Shown here: piece by piece, positions 10,551-20,123 of the stretch
Numbering within the stretch: the first letter of the stretch is position 1
Layout: each line of letters begins with the position of its first letter
IMG/VR virus record: IMGVR_UViG_3300029705_000041
Strand: one strand, 5' to 3'
DNA length: 64,000 bases
From: a virus
Taxonomy: Duplodnaviria; Caudoviricetes
Made by a program: the position numbers and the translations under genes
Notes under the pieces: generated by a model
Seen by the model: the letters and a program-made list of their open reading frames with translations, nothing else
What the model was told of the DNA's origin: nothing
The model's database searches: none

Positions 10551-10687
10551 TAGTATTAAAAATATCCACACTATTAATTGTAATCGCAATTTCTCTTGTT
10601 GGCGGCTATTTAGCCGGAAGATATTTCTCTATTGTAGATTATTTTAGAAATAAAAAGAAAAAGAAAAATAATAGAGATGATTCTTAA
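10547..10687 (+). CDS. small single-pass membrane protein (46 aa, not in ORF track)
   Basis: MIVLKISTLLIVIAISLVGGYLAGR...; ATGA overlap with the upstream stop; basic C-terminal tail. Confidence 0.6.
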   Translation: MIVLKISTLLIVIAISLVGGYLAGRYFSIVDYFRNKKKKKNNRDDS

Positions 10688-10705
10688 ACAAAAGGGTGAT
10701 TAGCT

Positions 10706-11809
10706 ATTAATAACATTGCAATAATTGATGCCGATTTAATTGGCAAAAAGAATCATAGATTTCCTAATTTAGCTTGCATGAAATTAAGCGCTTATCACAA
10801 AGAAAATGGAGATAAAGTTTGTTTGTTGTTAGAATATAAAAATATTGAACAATATGATAAAGTTTATATTTCCAAGGTTTTTACAGATACTACTGTGCCT
10901 TCAGAAGTATTACAAATGAAGAATGTACAATATGGAGGCACAGGTTTCTTCTATGATAAAGCTCCGGCTCTTTCGGGGGATATTGAGCATCATATGCCTG
11001 ACTATCATTTATATGATGAATGGGTAAATGAACAAATTTCAAATGGTGTCAATCGTAACAATTTTAAATATTATTTGGATTATTCAATAGGTTTTATGAC
11101 AAGAGGTTGTTTTAGACAATGTGAATTCTGTGTCAACAAAAATTATAAAAAAGTTAATGTACATAGTCCATTACAAGAATTTGTTGATAATTCAAGAAAA
11201 AAGATTTGTTTGTTGGATGATAATTTTCTGGGTTGTCCGCAATGGAAAGTTATGCTTAAAGAACTTCAAGCAACAAACAAACCATTTCAATTTAAACAAG
11301 GTTTAGATGAAAGATTGTTGACTGACGAAAAATGTGAAATTTTATTCAAAAGTAAATATGATGGAGATTATATTTTCGCTTTTGATAACATTGCAGATTA
11401 TGACCTTATTGAAAAGAAGTTGATGTTGTTACGAAAGTACACCAATCGAATGCCGAAATTTTATACTTTGTGTGCATTTGACAGAAGTAATAAATGGGAT
11501 ATAGAGTTTTGGAAACAAGATTTGTGGGATTTGTTTAAAAGAATTGAATTACTTATGCGCTATAAATGTTTGCCATATGTAATGCGGTTCAATAGATATG
11601 AAGAATCTCCGTATAGAGGAACATATATAAATGTTGCTGCCTGGTGTAATCAACCAAATGCTTTTAAAAAGAAATCATATAGAGAATTTGTTGAATATCA
11701 GCAATCACGTCACAAAAAAGAATGTGCCGAGACAAGATATTTAAAAATGGTTGAAAATGATATTCCGGAGTTAGCAGAAAAATATTTTAACATGAAATAT
11801 GAGGAATAA
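10706..11809 (+). CDS. radical SAM protein (phage family, probable DNA-modification role); likely ATT start
   Basis: CxxxCxxC (CFRQCEFC), DDNF, FAFD; the frame is open upstream of ATG 10778 and reads NNIAIIDADLIGKKNHRFPNLAC; GGGTGA SD before ATT 10706. Confidence 0.8.
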   Translation: MNNIAIIDADLIGKKNHRFPNLACMKLSAYHKENGDKVCLLLEYKNIEQYDKVYISKVFTDTTVPSEVLQMKNVQYGGTGFFYDKAPALSGDIEHHMPDYHLYDEWVNEQISNGVNRNNFKYYLDYSIGFMTRGCFRQCEFCVNKNYKKVNVHSPLQEFVDNSRKKICLLDDNFLGCPQWKVMLKELQATNKPFQFKQGLDERLLTDEKCEILFKSKYDGDYIFAFDNIADYDLIEKKLMLLRKYTNRMPKFYTLCAFDRSNKWDIEFWKQDLWDLFKRIELLMRYKCLPYVMRFNRYEESPYRGTYINVAAWCNQPNAFKKKSYREFVEYQQSRHKKECAETRYLKMVENDIPELAEKYFNMKYEE

Positions 11810-11812
11810 TAA

Positions 11813-12013
11813 ATGGAAGTAATTAAAGAACCGTCTTGCGTGGTTAAGTGTCCACAATGCAATTGTGAGTTTAAATTTGGAAAAGAAGATATTTATAATG
11901 CAACCGGCGGATGCAGAAAGGGCAACCCAATAAACCCTCATAAAGCTGTTCATTGTCCGTTTTGTGATACAAAAATAGCAATATGGGGAACAGATAAGAA
12001 AGTGAGAAGTTGA
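11813..12013 (+). CDS. small zinc-ribbon protein
   Basis: CPQC and CPFC; GAGG SD. Confidence 0.6.
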   Translation: MEVIKEPSCVVKCPQCNCEFKFGKEDIYNATGGCRKGNPINPHKAVHCPFCDTKIAIWGTDKKVRS

Positions 12014-12016
12014 AAA

Positions 12017-13051
12017 ATGATAAAAAGTGGTAATAAAATCAGTGTTTTATCATCAGCAAACAGAGGTTTAAGAAGTATGCTGGGAATTCGTGAAGATGCA
12101 TCAAATTTCAAAAATCCAGCAATTACTGTATTAGTAGGATTGCCAGCAAGCGGAAAATCTACAATTGCTGAAAAACTTGAAAATAAAAACACAGTCATTC
12201 ATTCATCTGATAAATTAAGAGAAGAATTATATGGCGATGAAAACACCCAGGAACATAATGCAGACTTATTTGTTGAGTTGCACAGAAGAATAAAAGAAGA
12301 TTTAAGAAATGGTAAAAATGTAATTTATGATGCAACCAACATTAATAAGAAACGAAGAATTGCTTTTCTTGGAGAATTAAAAAATATACCATGCAAAAAA
12401 GTATGTATATGTATGATGACACCATATGAATTATGTTTAAAATACAATTCTTCAAGAGAAAGAAAAGTTCCGGAAGAAGTAATAAAAAGAATGTATATGA
12501 ATTGGAATCCACCATCAATGCAAGAGGGTTTTGACGAGATACATTATCATTATAACTACGGTGAAAACCATGAAACCGTTAAATATAGATACAGATTAAC
12601 TACATTATTTGAGGGAGATTGTGGAATTGATAATTTTCCACAGGAAAATAGCCATCACACATTAACTCTTGGAATGCATTGTAGGCAAGCAAATGAGTAT
12701 GTAGTAGAGCATTTTCCTTCAGAAAGATTATTACATATTGCAACACTTTTGCACGATAACGGTAAAGTCTTTACTAAAACTAAATTAAATGCAAAAGGTG
12801 AAGAAGATGGCGAATGTCATTATTATCAACATCATTGTGTAGGAGCTTATGACTCATTATTTTACACTAATGAGATGAAATTAAGTGAAGAAGATAAGAC
12901 ATATATCGCTAATTTAATATACTTTCATATGCATCCCTTTACATCCTGGCACCAATCCAAAAGTGTTGAAAGACGAAATAAAATTCAAATTGGCGATGAA
13001 ATGTATGATGATATAATGCGTTTACATGAAGCTGATTTAGCTGCACATTAG
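12017..13051 (+). CDS. polynucleotide kinase fused to an HD phosphohydrolase (RNA end healing)
   Basis: GLPASGKST, SSDKLR and DATN kinase motifs; C-terminal H...LHDNGK...H...HM...D HD domain. Confidence 0.82.
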   Translation: MIKSGNKISVLSSANRGLRSMLGIREDASNFKNPAITVLVGLPASGKSTIAEKLENKNTVIHSSDKLREELYGDENTQEHNADLFVELHRRIKEDLRNGKNVIYDATNINKKRRIAFLGELKNIPCKKVCICMMTPYELCLKYNSSRERKVPEEVIKRMYMNWNPPSMQEGFDEIHYHYNYGENHETVKYRYRLTTLFEGDCGIDNFPQENSHHTLTLGMHCRQANEYVVEHFPSERLLHIATLLHDNGKVFTKTKLNAKGEEDGECHYYQHHCVGAYDSLFYTNEMKLSEEDKTYIANLIYFHMHPFTSWHQSKSVERRNKIQIGDEMYDDIMRLHEADLAAH

Positions 13052-13064
13052 GAGTTTTTTGTAA

Positions 13065-13559
13065 TTGTTAAAGTATTACATAGTTACAGAACAAAGCAAA
13101 GTTTTTGAACAATACTGGAAGTATGATTCAACACTTAAATGCATTCAGAAAGCTTTTGGCAGCTTTGCAGATGAGCATGATATAAAGGCTAATAAGTTTC
13201 ATACATTAGCAGACCGATTATACATTGTGCCAGAAAAAGAGGATATTGAAAGATTTAGTCAAGACTTTGTGAAAAATAATGTAGGAATGTTCAAGAAGAA
13301 AACACTTCTTTCTAATAAATGGATTGAGAAGTGTAAAGCTGAAGGAATAAAAACTCCTAATAAACCATTTATTCCATTTGTTTTCAATTGTGCAGACCGA
13401 TGTTTGTGGCGATTGTTCGATGTTGATAGTGTTATTTATTGTACATTTGAAAGTGAAGCAAAATTTGTTGCACCTAAAGGATTTCAGGAAATAGATGAAA
13501 AAGAGTTTTATTCGATTATGGAATCTCATAATGTTGAAATTTTAAAGGAGATATATTGA
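13065..13559 (+). CDS. hypothetical protein
   Basis: 164-aa ORF with AGGAG SD. Confidence 0.6.
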   Translation: MLKYYIVTEQSKVFEQYWKYDSTLKCIQKAFGSFADEHDIKANKFHTLADRLYIVPEKEDIERFSQDFVKNNVGMFKKKTLLSNKWIEKCKAEGIKTPNKPFIPFVFNCADRCLWRLFDVDSVIYCTFESEAKFVAPKGFQEIDEKEFYSIMESHNVEILKEIY

Positions 13560-14316
13560 TGAGATATATTGCAAGTTGTAGTTTCGGTAAAGACTCTCTT
13601 GCAATGGTTCTCCGCCTGATTGAAGAATGTAAACCACTTGATGAGGTTGTATTTTATGATACCGGAATGGAATTCGGTGCAATATATAATAATCTCAAAA
13701 AATTAAAAAACATTCTTGCTGAAAAGAATATTAAGTTAGTGATACTAAAACCAGAAGTAAGTTTTGAATATAAAGCTTTTGAAATTCCGGTAAAGAGCAG
13801 GAAAGGTCAAGGTTATCATTACGGCTATTCTTGGTGCGGGGGTGTTGTAGATGGGGAACTACCGATAAAATAAGAATTGTTGATAAATATTGTGAAAGTG
13901 AACCAACAAAAGTATATGTTGGTATTGCCATAGATGAACCTAAGAGAATAGAAAAGGAAAGAAAACCTTATAAAATATTTCCTTTGGTTGAATGGGGTAT
14001 GACGGAAAAAGATTGTTTGGAATACTGCCGCAATAACGGATGGGATTGGAAAGAAGAAACTCCAAATGGATATATTGACCTTTATGACATCTTAGACCGT
14101 GTTAGTTGCTGGTGTTGTTCAAATAAAAATCGTAAAGAGCTTAAAAATATTTATCTATATTTACCGTACTATTGGAATAAGTTAAAAGAATTTCAATCAA
14201 AAACTGAAAGACCTATGAAAAAATATTCTAAAAAAGGTATTTTATATGGAAATGTTTTTGATATGGAGAAAATATTTGAAATAGAAACAAAAAGAGAAAA
14301 AGGAAGCGTAATATGA
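13556..14316 (+). pseudogene. PAPS-reductase/DndC-like protein, frameshifted at G5 13838-13842
   Basis: N-half has SFGKDS and YSWCGG; C-half in the -1 frame has CRWGT, VGIAIDE and RVSCWCC; one extra G gives a single 253-aa ORF. Confidence 0.85.
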
Positions 14317-15172
14317 ATTATAAAAATCCATTCAATTATATTGGAGCAAAATTCAAGCTATTACCACAAATACTTCCTTTATTTCCTTCGCAAATCCAAA
14401 ATTTCATTGATTTGTTCGGGGGAGTGGCGAAGTTGCATTCAATGTAAATGCTCAAAAAGTTATTTACAATGAAAAAAGTGTTGCGATGGTTAATATGTTT
14501 GAATGTTTTGATGATAATTTTGTTAAAGAAGTTGAAGAAGTAATTTCAAAATGGAATCTTTCAAAAAATAACAAGGTAGAATTTTTAAAGCTAAGAGAAT
14601 ATTATAATGATAATCTTGATACTTTGTCGAATAGAGAAAAAGCTGTAATTCTATATTGTTTATTAACTCATGCGTTTAACTATCAAATTGCATTTAACTC
14701 TAAGGGCGAATATAATATGCCTTCAGGAGCCGGCAGGAGTTATTTTAGTCCACAATTAAAAAATAAATTAATTGACTACATAGCAAGAAAAAATGAAATA
14801 AATATAGTTTTTCAGAATAACGATTTCTGCGATATGGACATAAATAATCTTCCAGCAGCTAAAAACACTTTTATATATGCTGACCCACCTTATCTTATCA
14901 CTACAGGTGCTTATGAAAGAGATTATTTCTGTAAATGGTCAGAAGAATATGAGATTAAATTACTTGATTTTTTAGATAAACTTAATGATAAAGGTTATAG
15001 ATTTGCACTATCAAATGTTTTGGAACATAAAGGAAAATCAAATAATTTACTTAAAGATTGGTCAAAGAAATACATAACTCACTTTTTGAACAAGGATTAC
15101 AAAAATTGTAATTATCAGACAAAAGATAAGAGTGCCAATAGTAGTGTAGAAGTTTTGATTACAAATTATTAA
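14313..15172 (+). pseudogene. Dam-like (D12 class) DNA adenine methyltransferase, frameshifted at G5 14418-14422
   Basis: ATG 14313 reads MNYKNPFNYIGAKFKLL...FIDLFGG, then stops at 14445; the -1 frame continues SGEVAFNV...DPPY...EVLITNY; one extra G gives 286 aa. Confidence 0.88.
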
Positions 15173-15260
15173 TTAAAATAACACTTTTAGCGTTTCTAAT
15201 CGCTGCCAGATATGCTTTAAGTGATGACATAGATATTCTAAAAGAAAGGAAAAGACTGTT

Positions 15261-15533
15261 ATGCATTATTTCAAATTTGGCGAAGCTATTGAAAATTTAA
15301 AGAATGGCAAAGCTATGTCTCGACAGGGTTGGAATGGTAAAAATGCCTATATTTATTATATTCCGGCTAATAACTACAATGCTGAAACAGAAGTTGCTAA
15401 AGCAGAATTTGGTGATAAAGTTCCTTATGGTGCTTATATTGCCATGAAAACAACGCAAGGGAATGTTGTTCCTTGGGTAGCTTCACAAACAGATATTTTA
15501 GCAGAAGATTGGTTTATTGTCGATAAGAAATAA
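15261..15533 (+). CDS. tad2: Thoeris anti-defence Tad2-like protein (DUF2829)
   Basis: FGEAIENLKNG..SRQGWNGK ... PWVASQTDILAEDW signature. Confidence 0.82.
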   Translation: MHYFKFGEAIENLKNGKAMSRQGWNGKNAYIYYIPANNYNAETEVAKAEFGDKVPYGAYIAMKTTQGNVVPWVASQTDILAEDWFIVDKK

Positions 15534-15543
15534 GACAGAAAAA
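15528..15543 (+). promoter_or_regulatory. repeated motif AAATAAGACAGAAAAA upstream of the sak-ssb-replication genes
   Basis: Exact copy of the 16-mer, immediately before the SD of sak. Confidence 0.6.
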
Positions 15544-15563
15544 TTATTGAAAGGAGAATTATT

Positions 15564-16196
15564 TTGGCAGAAAAAAATATTTTTGAATCCCTTAATAATG
15601 TGGATTTAACAGAAAAAGTAAAATCAAAAAATAATCTTACATACTTACCATGGAGTTCTGCATGGTCAGAAGTAAAAAGACGTTATCCAGATGCAAATTT
15701 CAGAATTATTCCACAGGTAATTGATGAAGGTGGAAATACACGTCCTTGGCATGATGATGGTAAAACAGGTTGGGTAGAAGTAGGGGTTACAATTGACGGT
15801 CAGGAAATTATTGAAACTCTTGCAATTATGGACTTCAAGAATAAGTCTATTACAGCCGACCAGATTACATCTGTTGATGCAAATAAGTCAATTAAGCGTT
15901 GTCTGGTAAAAGCTTGTGCTATGCATGGTCTCGGCTTGTACATTTACGAGGGCGAAGAATTGCCGGAAGAAGCATCAAAGACATTAGAATTGCAGGATGA
16001 AATTAAAGAATTGATTTCTAAAAAATGTGCGCTTTCTGATAAAGCAAAAAGTAAAGTTGCTGATTTATGTAAGGCGGCAGAAAAAGAAGCTGACCCAACT
16101 TTAGATGATGATGCAATTACAGGCAATCCTAAGAATATCGAAGATGTTGACATCTTAACTAATTTAAAAAAGCAGCTTTTGGCTGTTAGAAAATAA
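15564..16196 (+). CDS. Sak/Rad52-like single-strand annealing protein (DUF1071)
   Basis: LTYLPWSSAW and KRCLVKACAMHGLGLYIYEGE. Confidence 0.85.
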   Translation: MAEKNIFESLNNVDLTEKVKSKNNLTYLPWSSAWSEVKRRYPDANFRIIPQVIDEGGNTRPWHDDGKTGWVEVGVTIDGQEIIETLAIMDFKNKSITADQITSVDANKSIKRCLVKACAMHGLGLYIYEGEELPEEASKTLELQDEIKELISKKCALSDKAKSKVADLCKAAEKEADPTLDDDAITGNPKNIEDVDILTNLKKQLLAVRK

Positions 16197-16215
16197 GAAA
16201 AGGAGACTATTTATT

Positions 16216-16611
16216 ATGGGTTTTAGACAAGGTGCATACGCAAAAGTATGGAAGGTAGAAGATAAAGGAAATTATTCCGTAGCACAGATTAGTGTTAGTA
16301 AAAAGGATAAAGAAACTGGAGAATACAATGTTGAATTCCAGGATGGATTTGTTCGTTTGGTAGGTAACGCTCATGAGGCTGCTAAGAATTTGCAGATTAC
16401 TGATAATGGTGCTTCAATCCAGATTACTTCTTGCGATGTAACAAATAAATATGACGGAGAAAAGCAGAAGTCTTATATCAACTTTACAATTTTCGGATTT
16501 GATATTCCTGATGGAAATAACACTTCAAAGCCGGCTAAAAACACAGGTAAGAGTAGTAAAGCTGCACCAGCTACAGATAACGGTGCTGACGAAGATGACC
16601 TTCCGTTTTAA
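16216..16611 (+). CDS. ssb: single-stranded DNA-binding protein
   Basis: OB-fold size, acidic tail DEDDLPF, follows sak. Confidence 0.8.
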   Translation: MGFRQGAYAKVWKVEDKGNYSVAQISVSKKDKETGEYNVEFQDGFVRLVGNAHEAAKNLQITDNGASIQITSCDVTNKYDGEKQKSYINFTIFGFDIPDGNNTSKPAKNTGKSSKAAPATDNGADEDDLPF

Positions 16612-16624
16612 TTAGGAGGTCAAC

Positions 16625-17242
16625 ATGATAGAACAGACAAACATAGAAAAATTTGAACAATACTTAAACAGTATTGAACGAGAGGGTATTGATAAGTTAA
16701 TTGAGTTTATAAAAAAATCAGATTTTTATACAGCTCCGGCAAGTACATGTTACCATTCTTGTCATCAAGGCGGTTTGTTAGAACATAGTTTGAATGTTCT
16801 TGAATGTCTTTTGAAAAAATTCGACAATCCTGTTTGGTCTGAAATATTGAATGAGGTTGGGCGTGAGAGCGCTATTCTTTGCGCCCTGCTTCATGATATT
16901 TGTAAGAGTTATTATTATGGTATTGAAGAAAAAAATAAAAAGATATATAGCGAATACGGCAAAAAAGTTGACAAAAAAGGTAGATTTGATTGGGAAACAG
17001 TTGATACCTTTGTTGTAGATGATAAATTTCCATATGGTCATGGTGAGAAATCAGTTATGATGATTGAGGAATTTATTAAATTAAAACCAGTTGAAAGATA
17101 TTCTATCAGATGGCATATGGGATTTACCGAACCAAAAGAAAATTGGGGTACATTAGGATTAGCAATTAAAAAATATCCTTTAATTTTAGCACTCCATGAA
17201 GCTGATTTAGAATCAACATATTTACTTGAAAAGGAAGAATAA
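16625..17242 (+). CDS. HD-domain phosphohydrolase
   Basis: APAS..YH..GGLLEHSLNV, LLHDICK, GHGEKS, RWHMG, LHEAD. Confidence 0.85.
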   Translation: MIEQTNIEKFEQYLNSIEREGIDKLIEFIKKSDFYTAPASTCYHSCHQGGLLEHSLNVLECLLKKFDNPVWSEILNEVGRESAILCALLHDICKSYYYGIEEKNKKIYSEYGKKVDKKGRFDWETVDTFVVDDKFPYGHGEKSVMMIEEFIKLKPVERYSIRWHMGFTEPKENWGTLGLAIKKYPLILALHEADLESTYLLEKEE

Positions 17243-17245
17243 GAC

Positions 17246-17728
17246 ATGACAAAAAAAGCTGATACAAGAGTGTGTAGATACCCACATTGCAAACATGATG
17301 ACAAAACTATAAATTTAACCTCTGACAAATATGTGAAAGATGGCAGTTCTTATTATCATGAGGAATGTTATAAAAACAAATCCAATATTCAACTGATTAA
17401 AAATTTGTGGCATGACCACATTAGTTCTACGGTTGTATATTCTCAATTAATGAACATTCTTAATCAGCTTATTTTTAAGGATAATATTTCTTCTGATTAT
17501 ATCGTGTTTGTCATGCAATATTGCATTGACAATCAGAGAAAACTGCGCTATCCACCAGGTTTAAGATATTGTGTTGATGACCAGGTAATAAAAGATGCAT
17601 ATAACAAAAAAATGCAACCTATTATCCACCATTCGGATTTTTCTGCCGATAACGTAGAAGATGATTCACCTAAATTTACCATCAACAAAAAACCAGCTGG
17701 ATTTAAGAGCATATTAGGAGGTAAATAA
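17246..17728 (+). CDS. hypothetical replication-associated protein (Cys/His N-terminus)
   Basis: CRYPHCKH...YHEEC; coupled to the helicase gene. Confidence 0.55.
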   Translation: MTKKADTRVCRYPHCKHDDKTINLTSDKYVKDGSSYYHEECYKNKSNIQLIKNLWHDHISSTVVYSQLMNILNQLIFKDNISSDYIVFVMQYCIDNQRKLRYPPGLRYCVDDQVIKDAYNKKMQPIIHHSDFSADNVEDDSPKFTINKKPAGFKSILGGK

Positions 17729-19071
17729 TGGATATTGCGGAACTTTCCGATATTCAGTCAGAAAGCGGAGTAATCGGTACATTAATTTATCATCCGGAAT
17801 TTATTTTGCATACTGATTATCTCCAACCAGGATATTTTTTCGGAGTAGAAAATGGTTGTATTTATTGGGCTATTCAAGAGTTGTATAAGAGCGGAATTAC
17901 TAATATTGATGCGTATAACATTTCTAATAAATTACAGAGTAATAAATCGGTTCAGAAAACTATTGAAAAATACAATTTACCTTCAGTACAAGAATTTATT
18001 GAATTGTATAAAGAAACAGCCAGACACACAATGGAAGAATATAAAATGCTCGCCGATAACATTGTAACCCTAGCTTTTAAGAGAGATTTGGTAAAAACTC
18101 TAAATCAATTATCAGCTAATTGTTTTAATCCGGATTACGAACTTGAAAAGTTAAACAATGTTGTGTATGGAGAGCTTGATAAATTAACTCAAAAATACAT
18201 CTCCACAAATGATATACATATTTTAGGAAATGATATTGATGCGATTTGGAATGAAATTATAAATCGAAGAACTTCTGATGGTATGTATGGAATTCCTTCA
18301 AAATACAAATTATTTTCAGATTATTATACATATGAACCAGGAGAGTTAGTAGTTATTCAGGCAAAATATAAACAAGGCAAATCGGTTTTATTAATGAATG
18401 AGGTTGTTCACAAATTGAAAAATGGTGTTCCAACATTAGTCGTTGATAGTGAAATGCCTACTCGTTTATATACAGAGAGGTTAATATCTCATTTGTCTGG
18501 TATAGAGATGAAAAGAATCAAAAATGGTAATTATTCAGAAGAAGAAGGAAAAATAATAAATAATTGGATTTTATGGTTAAAAGAACAACCATTTGTTCAT
18601 ATATACAATCCAAACTTAACAAACGAAAAGTTATATTCGATTTGTAAAATGTTAAAACATAAAATCGGACTTACTTTTGTTGTTTATGATTATTTAAAAA
18701 GCAATGAAACTTCTTCAAGTGATAACTACAATGTGCTAGGAGCAAAATGCGACTTTTTAAAAAATAACATTGCTGGAGAACTTGATTTAGCTGTATTAGC
18801 AGCCTGTCAGTTAAATAGAAATGGTGAAGTTGCAGATAGTATAAAAATTAACCGTTATTTATCAGTCGGAATTAAATGGGAATATAAGACACAAGAAATG
18901 ATTGCAAAAGATGGAATTAAATGTGGAAATGCTTTTGCAAAAATATATGTAAATCGTTTAGGTAGACAAATGTTGGAAGATGACGATGAAGATTATATTG
19001 ACTTTATTTTTGATGGTGACAAAATGACGATAATTGAAGCACAGCAGCACGAAAGAGCAAGTGATTTTTAA
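17728..19071 (+). CDS. dnaB: replicative DnaB-like helicase
   Basis: SESGVIG N-terminus, Walker A AKYKQGKS, DSEM, Walker B VVYDYL, CQLNR. Confidence 0.85.
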   Translation: MDIAELSDIQSESGVIGTLIYHPEFILHTDYLQPGYFFGVENGCIYWAIQELYKSGITNIDAYNISNKLQSNKSVQKTIEKYNLPSVQEFIELYKETARHTMEEYKMLADNIVTLAFKRDLVKTLNQLSANCFNPDYELEKLNNVVYGELDKLTQKYISTNDIHILGNDIDAIWNEIINRRTSDGMYGIPSKYKLFSDYYTYEPGELVVIQAKYKQGKSVLLMNEVVHKLKNGVPTLVVDSEMPTRLYTERLISHLSGIEMKRIKNGNYSEEEGKIINNWILWLKEQPFVHIYNPNLTNEKLYSICKMLKHKIGLTFVVYDYLKSNETSSSDNYNVLGAKCDFLKNNIAGELDLAVLAACQLNRNGEVADSIKINRYLSVGIKWEYKTQEMIAKDGIKCGNAFAKIYVNRLGRQMLEDDDEDYIDFIFDGDKMTIIEAQQHERASDF

Positions 19072-19083
19072 ATAAGATAGGGA

Positions 19084-20100
19084 GTGCATATCTTGGAAAT
19101 TTACGATGATGATATGTTACAGCAAATTAATGAGAATGCAAACCTATTAGATTATGTCAGCCAATTTATTGAGATGGAGAAAAGAGGAAACGATTACTTT
19201 GGTCAATGTCCATTACATATAGACAACACACCCTCTTTCTCCATCACGCCAGCTAAAAACTCTTACTATTGTTTTTCTTGCGGCAAATCTGGTGGGATAA
19301 TTGGCTATTTAATGGATTATGAAGGAATGCAATTTGAAAGTGCTGTAGAAAAAGCCGCAAAATTAGCTGATATGGATTTGAGTAAAATGTGCAAATCAAA
19401 TACTGTATCGTGGTTGAAAAAATTACGAATGTTGGCTCTTAAAAAGGATAATGATTTTAGTCATGAAATCCTTCCAGAAAGTGAACTGAAAAAATACAAA
19501 AAAGAACCGGTATGGGAATGGCTAAATGAAGATATAAGTCAGGAAACAATGGATTTATTCGGCGTTATGGTTGATACATGGCAAAATCGAATCATTTATC
19601 CGGTATATGACATTCATGGTAATTTAATAAACATTAAAGCGAGAACTCGTTATCCTAATTACAAAAAATTAAAAATCCCTAAGTACATCAACTATTATCC
19701 TGTAGGAGTAATGGACTATTTTCAAGGATTGAATATAACGTTGAAGTATGTAAAAGAAAAGGGAGAAATTATCATTTTTGAATCTGTGAAATCAGTAATG
19801 AAAGCATTTGGTTGGGGCTATAAAAATTGCGCATCTGCTGAAAAACATACTTTAACAAAAGAACAGCTTGATTTATTAGTAAAACTAAAAGTTAATGTTG
19901 TTTTTGCTTATGATAGTGATATAAGCTATCGACAAAGTGATGTTAAACAGAACATTGATAAATTAAAACGTGTAACAAACGTGTATATAATTGAAGATAA
20001 AAATAAACTTCTTGGCGGTGTAGCAGCGAAGAATGCTCCGGTTGATTGCGGTGAGGATATTTGGAGTCAGCTATATGAAGCTAAAAAGAAAATAGTTTAG
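19084..20100 (+). CDS. dnaG: DNA primase (CHC2 zinc finger + TOPRIM)
   Basis: CPLH.DNTPSF...YCFSC; IIFE and YDSD TOPRIM motifs. Confidence 0.85.
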   Translation: MHILEIYDDDMLQQINENANLLDYVSQFIEMEKRGNDYFGQCPLHIDNTPSFSITPAKNSYYCFSCGKSGGIIGYLMDYEGMQFESAVEKAAKLADMDLSKMCKSNTVSWLKKLRMLALKKDNDFSHEILPESELKKYKKEPVWEWLNEDISQETMDLFGVMVDTWQNRIIYPVYDIHGNLINIKARTRYPNYKKLKIPKYINYYPVGVMDYFQGLNITLKYVKEKGEIIIFESVKSVMKAFGWGYKNCASAEKHTLTKEQLDLLVKLKVNVVFAYDSDISYRQSDVKQNIDKLKRVTNVYIIEDKNKLLGGVAAKNAPVDCGEDIWSQLYEAKKKIV

Positions 20101-20123
20101 TAACGAAGTCAAGGAGTGGTTAT

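Noticed and set aside
13831-14430. Canonical -1 ribosomal frameshift at the G5 runs
   Set aside because: No X-XXY-YYZ heptamer or evident stimulatory structure; DNA or transcriptional slippage, or a sequencing error, fits better
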